Below, piece by piece: positions 61,082 through 64,000 of a stretch of 64,000 bases of DNA. The stretch is from Pyrinomonadaceae bacterium (GTDB lineage Bacteria; Acidobacteriota; Blastocatellia; Pyrinomonadales; Pyrinomonadaceae), in contig JBKBYA010000001.1 of the NCBI GenBank assembly GCA_046313635.1, forward strand, positions 64,001 to 128,000. Direction: 5' to 3'. Under the pieces are notes generated by a model. The model was given only the letters and a program-made list of their open reading frames with translations. It searched no databases and was not told the origin of the DNA. The translations under genes and the position numbers were made by a program. Numbering within the stretch: position 1 is the first letter of the stretch; every line of letters starts with the position of its first letter.

Positions 61082-62047
61082 CTACTGCTGTTTGGCCAGC
61101 GCGCCGTTAAGAACGGCGGCCATTCGATAACCGGCCAGAGCGAGCCGCTCCTCGGCGGTTTGGAAAGCGCGCTTTGTGTATGCACGCGACGGCATCTCGC
61201 CGCGCCGCAGGTCGGCGGTAAAGACGTCCTTGATAGCGCGGTCGAGCGATTCTTTTTGCCAGGCTTGAAAATCGCCGGCCTTGAGCGTCGCTTGAAATCT
61301 CGCCGGCGGGTATCGCTTCATGATCTGACGCGCGATCGGGTCGACGTAATCGGCATCGGCCGCATCGTTCTTACGCGGCGAATAGCGGACGACGATCGAG
61401 TCCCAAAACCAGTGAAGATTTTCCTGTTTGTCACGCGGAGTGCCCTTCGGCGTGAGCAGAAAGAGATTACCGCCCTGGTCGCCCTTCGGCTCGAGATCGG
61501 TCACGCGGGCCGACGCGTGCAGCGGCTGGTGAATGTCGCCGATCAGGTGCTCGAGCCAGGCGATCGCGATCGCCTTTTGCGCGTCAGGGACGTTTGCCGC
61601 CGCGAGCTGCTTGGCAAAGTCCTGCATCTTTTCGACGGCGAGCCCGCCCTCGTCCGGCGCGGGAAGGAACTCGATCTTGCCGTCCGCTCCGACGCGCCAG
61701 AACGTGTCGGAATAATGCCAGTTCGAATGGTGATACTTCTTATATCGATTGGCGAACTTCCGATCTCGAACGATATCGGCCCACGTCGAGGCGAGCATAA
61801 AAAACTCGCGTCTGACGGCCTCGTCCGAACGCCCGCCCTGCGGAACGTAAAAGGTCGAGAGCTGAGCGTCCTCGGGAGACTCGAGCAAGATCTTGATCAC
61901 TCGCTCGCGAACATCCGGCGTCATCTGCTGCCACGCGATGTAGGCGGTGATCTTATGGCCGACGTCGTTCCATGCGAGGGCCGGCGTCGAGAGGGCCGCG
62001 GTGATAGCCGCGAGGAGCAAAAATACGCGTATTGTTTGGGCGTTCAT
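61082..62047 (-). CDS. S1/P1 nuclease
   Basis: Signal peptide then WNDVGH; WAD, WHY, HLIGDIHQPLH, DQGGN, NLHWFWD. Confidence 0.93.
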   Translation of the reverse strand: MNAQTIRVFLLLAAITAALSTPALAWNDVGHKITAYIAWQQMTPDVRERVIKILLESPEDAQLSTFYVPQGGRSDEAVRREFFMLASTWADIVRDRKFANRYKKYHHSNWHYSDTFWRVGADGKIEFLPAPDEGGLAVEKMQDFAKQLAAANVPDAQKAIAIAWLEHLIGDIHQPLHASARVTDLEPKGDQGGNLFLLTPKGTPRDKQENLHWFWDSIVVRYSPRKNDAADADYVDPIARQIMKRYPPARFQATLKAGDFQAWQKESLDRAIKDVFTADLRRGEMPSRAYTKRAFQTAEERLALAGYRMAAVLNGALAKQQ

Positions 62048-62228
62048 ATTCGGCGGTTGTCGATTTGATTTTATCGGATCGGCGAGATTACAGAAAGGTG
62101 TGCCGGCGAAATAAAAATGCGAGCGAACCGCCCGCTCCGACCGCCGCATCAAATGGATGCAAGCTTTCCCTCGCAGCGAAAATCAAGAGATTTGCTGTCG
62201 CATTTTATAGGCAAAATGTGAGGAAGAT

Positions 62229-62486
62229 ATGCAGGACCAAGGGGTTTTGAAACGGAACGTGCTCGGCCCGAACGCTTCGGGAGCGACCGGGCAGCTCGGA
62301 AGGAAGATAGGCATTATCGGCAGGCTCTTCGGCTGCCGCCACCGGCGACTGACACGGCCGTTCTCAAATGACGGGACGACCTACATGGCATGCGTCGACT
62401 GCGGTGCCCGCAGGCAGGTCGATATGGAAAGGTTCCAAAGCTCGGGACCTTTTTATTACCCGCCATCGGTGGCGTTCGACCGATAA
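62229..62486 (+). CDS. Small putative Zn-binding protein (FGCxH...CxxCG)
   Basis: SD GAGGA; 'LFGCRHRRLTRPF..TYMACVDCGAR'; hairpin downstream at 62537-62566. Confidence 0.7.
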   Translation: MQDQGVLKRNVLGPNASGATGQLGRKIGIIGRLFGCRHRRLTRPFSNDGTTYMACVDCGARRQVDMERFQSSGPFYYPPSVAFDR

Positions 62487-62577
62487 CAGAACGATTCAAT
62501 AACAACCCGTCCTTTTACCTACCAAATTGACCTACCGGGTGCGGCTGTAATAACCAGGCCGCACCCTTGTCTCTTTA

Positions 62578-62783
62578 GAGTTCCAGGTTCCAAGTTCCAG
62601 GTTCAAAGTCTAGATTCCAAATTCCAGATTCCAAATTCCAAATTCCAGGTTCCAAGTTCCATGTTCCAGTTTCAGCATTCCTCATCCCGGATGACTGGCC
62701 GCATTACACCTGAACGATAAGGCGTGCCTCGAATCTGGAATTTGGAATCTGGAATTCGGAATCTGGAATTCGGAATCTGGAAT
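62578..62783. repeat. Inverted TTCCA(G/A)/TGGAA heptamer cassette at the fabF-like 3' end
   Basis: ttccagg/ttccaag/ttccaaa units at 62581-62672; tggaatt/tggaatc/cggaatc units at 62731-62783. Confidence 0.92.
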
Positions 62784-64000
62784 TACCGCGTCAAGACGAT
62801 CGCCGAGTTCTTCGAGCCAAAGCCGATGCAGTTGCAGAGCGCGGTCTTTACTTCCGCGGTCCTTGCGGCATTTGGGACGTAGTCGAGATCGCAGTCGGGG
62901 TCGGGTTCGTCGAGATTGATCGTCGGCGGAACTATCGACCTGTTGAGTGCGAGCAGAGCGGCGGCGATGCCTGCGGCTCCGGTCGCGCCTTGCGGGTGGC
63001 CGATCTGCGATTTTGTCGCGGACATCGGAATCTTGTACGCGTGATCGCCGAATGCGAGCTTGACGGCCTGCGTCTCGATCCGGTCGTTGAGCTGTGTCGA
63101 AGTGCCGTGAAGATTAACGTAATCGATCTCGTCGGGACCCACACCTGCGTCGTCCATCGCGAGGCGCATCGCGCGGGCGGGCTCGACGCCGTTCTCCTCT
63201 AGACGCACGCGATGATACGCGTCGCATGTCGAGCCGTAGCCGGCGATCTCGGCGTAGATATGCGCCCCGCGATCGCGCGCCGCGTCGAGCGACTCCAAAA
63301 CGTAGATCCACGACCCTTCGCCGATCACCATTCCCGAACGGTCGCGCGAGAATGGCCGCGACGCTCGCAGCGGCTCGTCGTTCCAGCGCGTCGTGCAGAC
63401 GGTCATCACTTCAAAGCCTTTTAAAATGCCGGGCGAGATCGGCGAATCGACACCGCCCGCGAGCATCACGTCCTGCCGCCCGAGAGCGATGTGCTCGGCG
63501 GCGTAAAAGATCGCGTCCGTCGACGACGTGCAGCCGGTCGAGACGACATGCGACAGACCGTGGACCGCGAACGCCATCGACAGCTCGCTCGACAATCCGC
63601 CGTGCGTCGATGCCGGTATCGTGTAGATGCTGCCCTTGCCGGCATTGCCCGAGAACCATAGGCCGAACATTCGCTCGGTAAACGAAAGTCCGCCGCCGCC
63701 GGTCCCGAGCACGACGCCGAATCGACGCCGCTCGTCGAGCGAGAGCCTCTCGACCTCGATGCCGGAATCCGCCATCGCCTCGCGCGCCGCGGCGAGCGCG
63801 AGCGGAACGGTCCGCGCGACGTGCTGTCTGTCTTTTGGATTGAGCTCGGCCTGCCAATCGAATTCGGGGATCTCGGCGGCGATCTTGATGGACGAGTCCG
63901 AGACGTCAAAGCTCTCGATGCGCCTCACGCCGCTCGTGCCGGCGGCGAGTCCCGACCAGAAGGCCTCGCGTCCGATGCCGATCGGCGTGACGCAGCCAAA
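62783..64000 (-). CDS. fabF: Beta-ketoacyl-ACP synthase (FabF-like; start beyond window)
   Basis: STGCTSS active Cys, RPFSRDRSG, HGTST..ND, KSQIGH, GFGSKN. Confidence 0.85.
   Translation of the reverse strand, partial: FGCVTPIGIGREAFWSGLAAGTSGVRRIESFDVSDSSIKIAAEIPEFDWQAELNPKDRQHVARTVPLALAAAREAMADSGIEVERLSLDERRRFGVVLGTGGGGLSFTERMFGLWFSGNAGKGSIYTIPASTHGGLSSELSMAFAVHGLSHVVSTGCTSSTDAIFYAAEHIALGRQDVMLAGGVDSPISPGILKGFEVMTVCTTRWNDEPLRASRPFSRDRSGMVIGEGSWIYVLESLDAARDRGAHIYAEIAGYGSTCDAYHRVRLEENGVEPARAMRLAMDDAGVGPDEIDYVNLHGTSTQLNDRIETQAVKLAFGDHAYKIPMSATKSQIGHPQGATGAAGIAAALLALNRSIVPPTINLDEPDPDCDLDYVPNAARTAEVKTALCNCIGFGSKNSAIVLTR

Overview
High-GC bacterial chromosome segment spanning the replication origin. 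The gene set and repeat style resemble Acidobacteriota (Blastocatellia/Pyrinomonadaceae), but that is an inference. From left to right: (1) three secreted proteases (S8-SLH, M36-like, S8); (2) a probable sigma54 regulon (mobA, YwiC-like, PAS hybrid kinase, NtrC-type activator, two USPs, PNPOx-like, small CxxC protein, Cys-type formate dehydrogenase alpha); (3) a copper/heavy-metal RND efflux operon led by a Cys-rich RPP-motif ORF; (4) rpmH-rnpA-yidD-yidC-jag-mnmE; (5) purM/purN and accessory genes; (6) dnaA-oriC-dnaN; (7) an accessory patch (KilA-N, serine hydrolase, DUF6680-like, a palindrome array plus an uncharacterised 235-aa gene, REP cluster); (8) nirQ-like, phoX-like, M28, topA, dprA, four-helix-bundle gene, tRNA-Sec, M20, S1/P1 nuclease, fabF-like (partial). 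The most unusual signals are: a non-coding array of eight ATGTATC-N8-GATACAT palindromes on a 42-bp period with variable loops and variable 20-nt spacers, directly upstream of an unknown gene; about nine inverted heptamer-repeat cassettes, one enclosing a four-helix-bundle gene and two inserted in frame in mnmE and dnaN; and an rnpA frame that appears to fully contain rpmH. All calls come from reading the sequence and motifs; no database searches were run.
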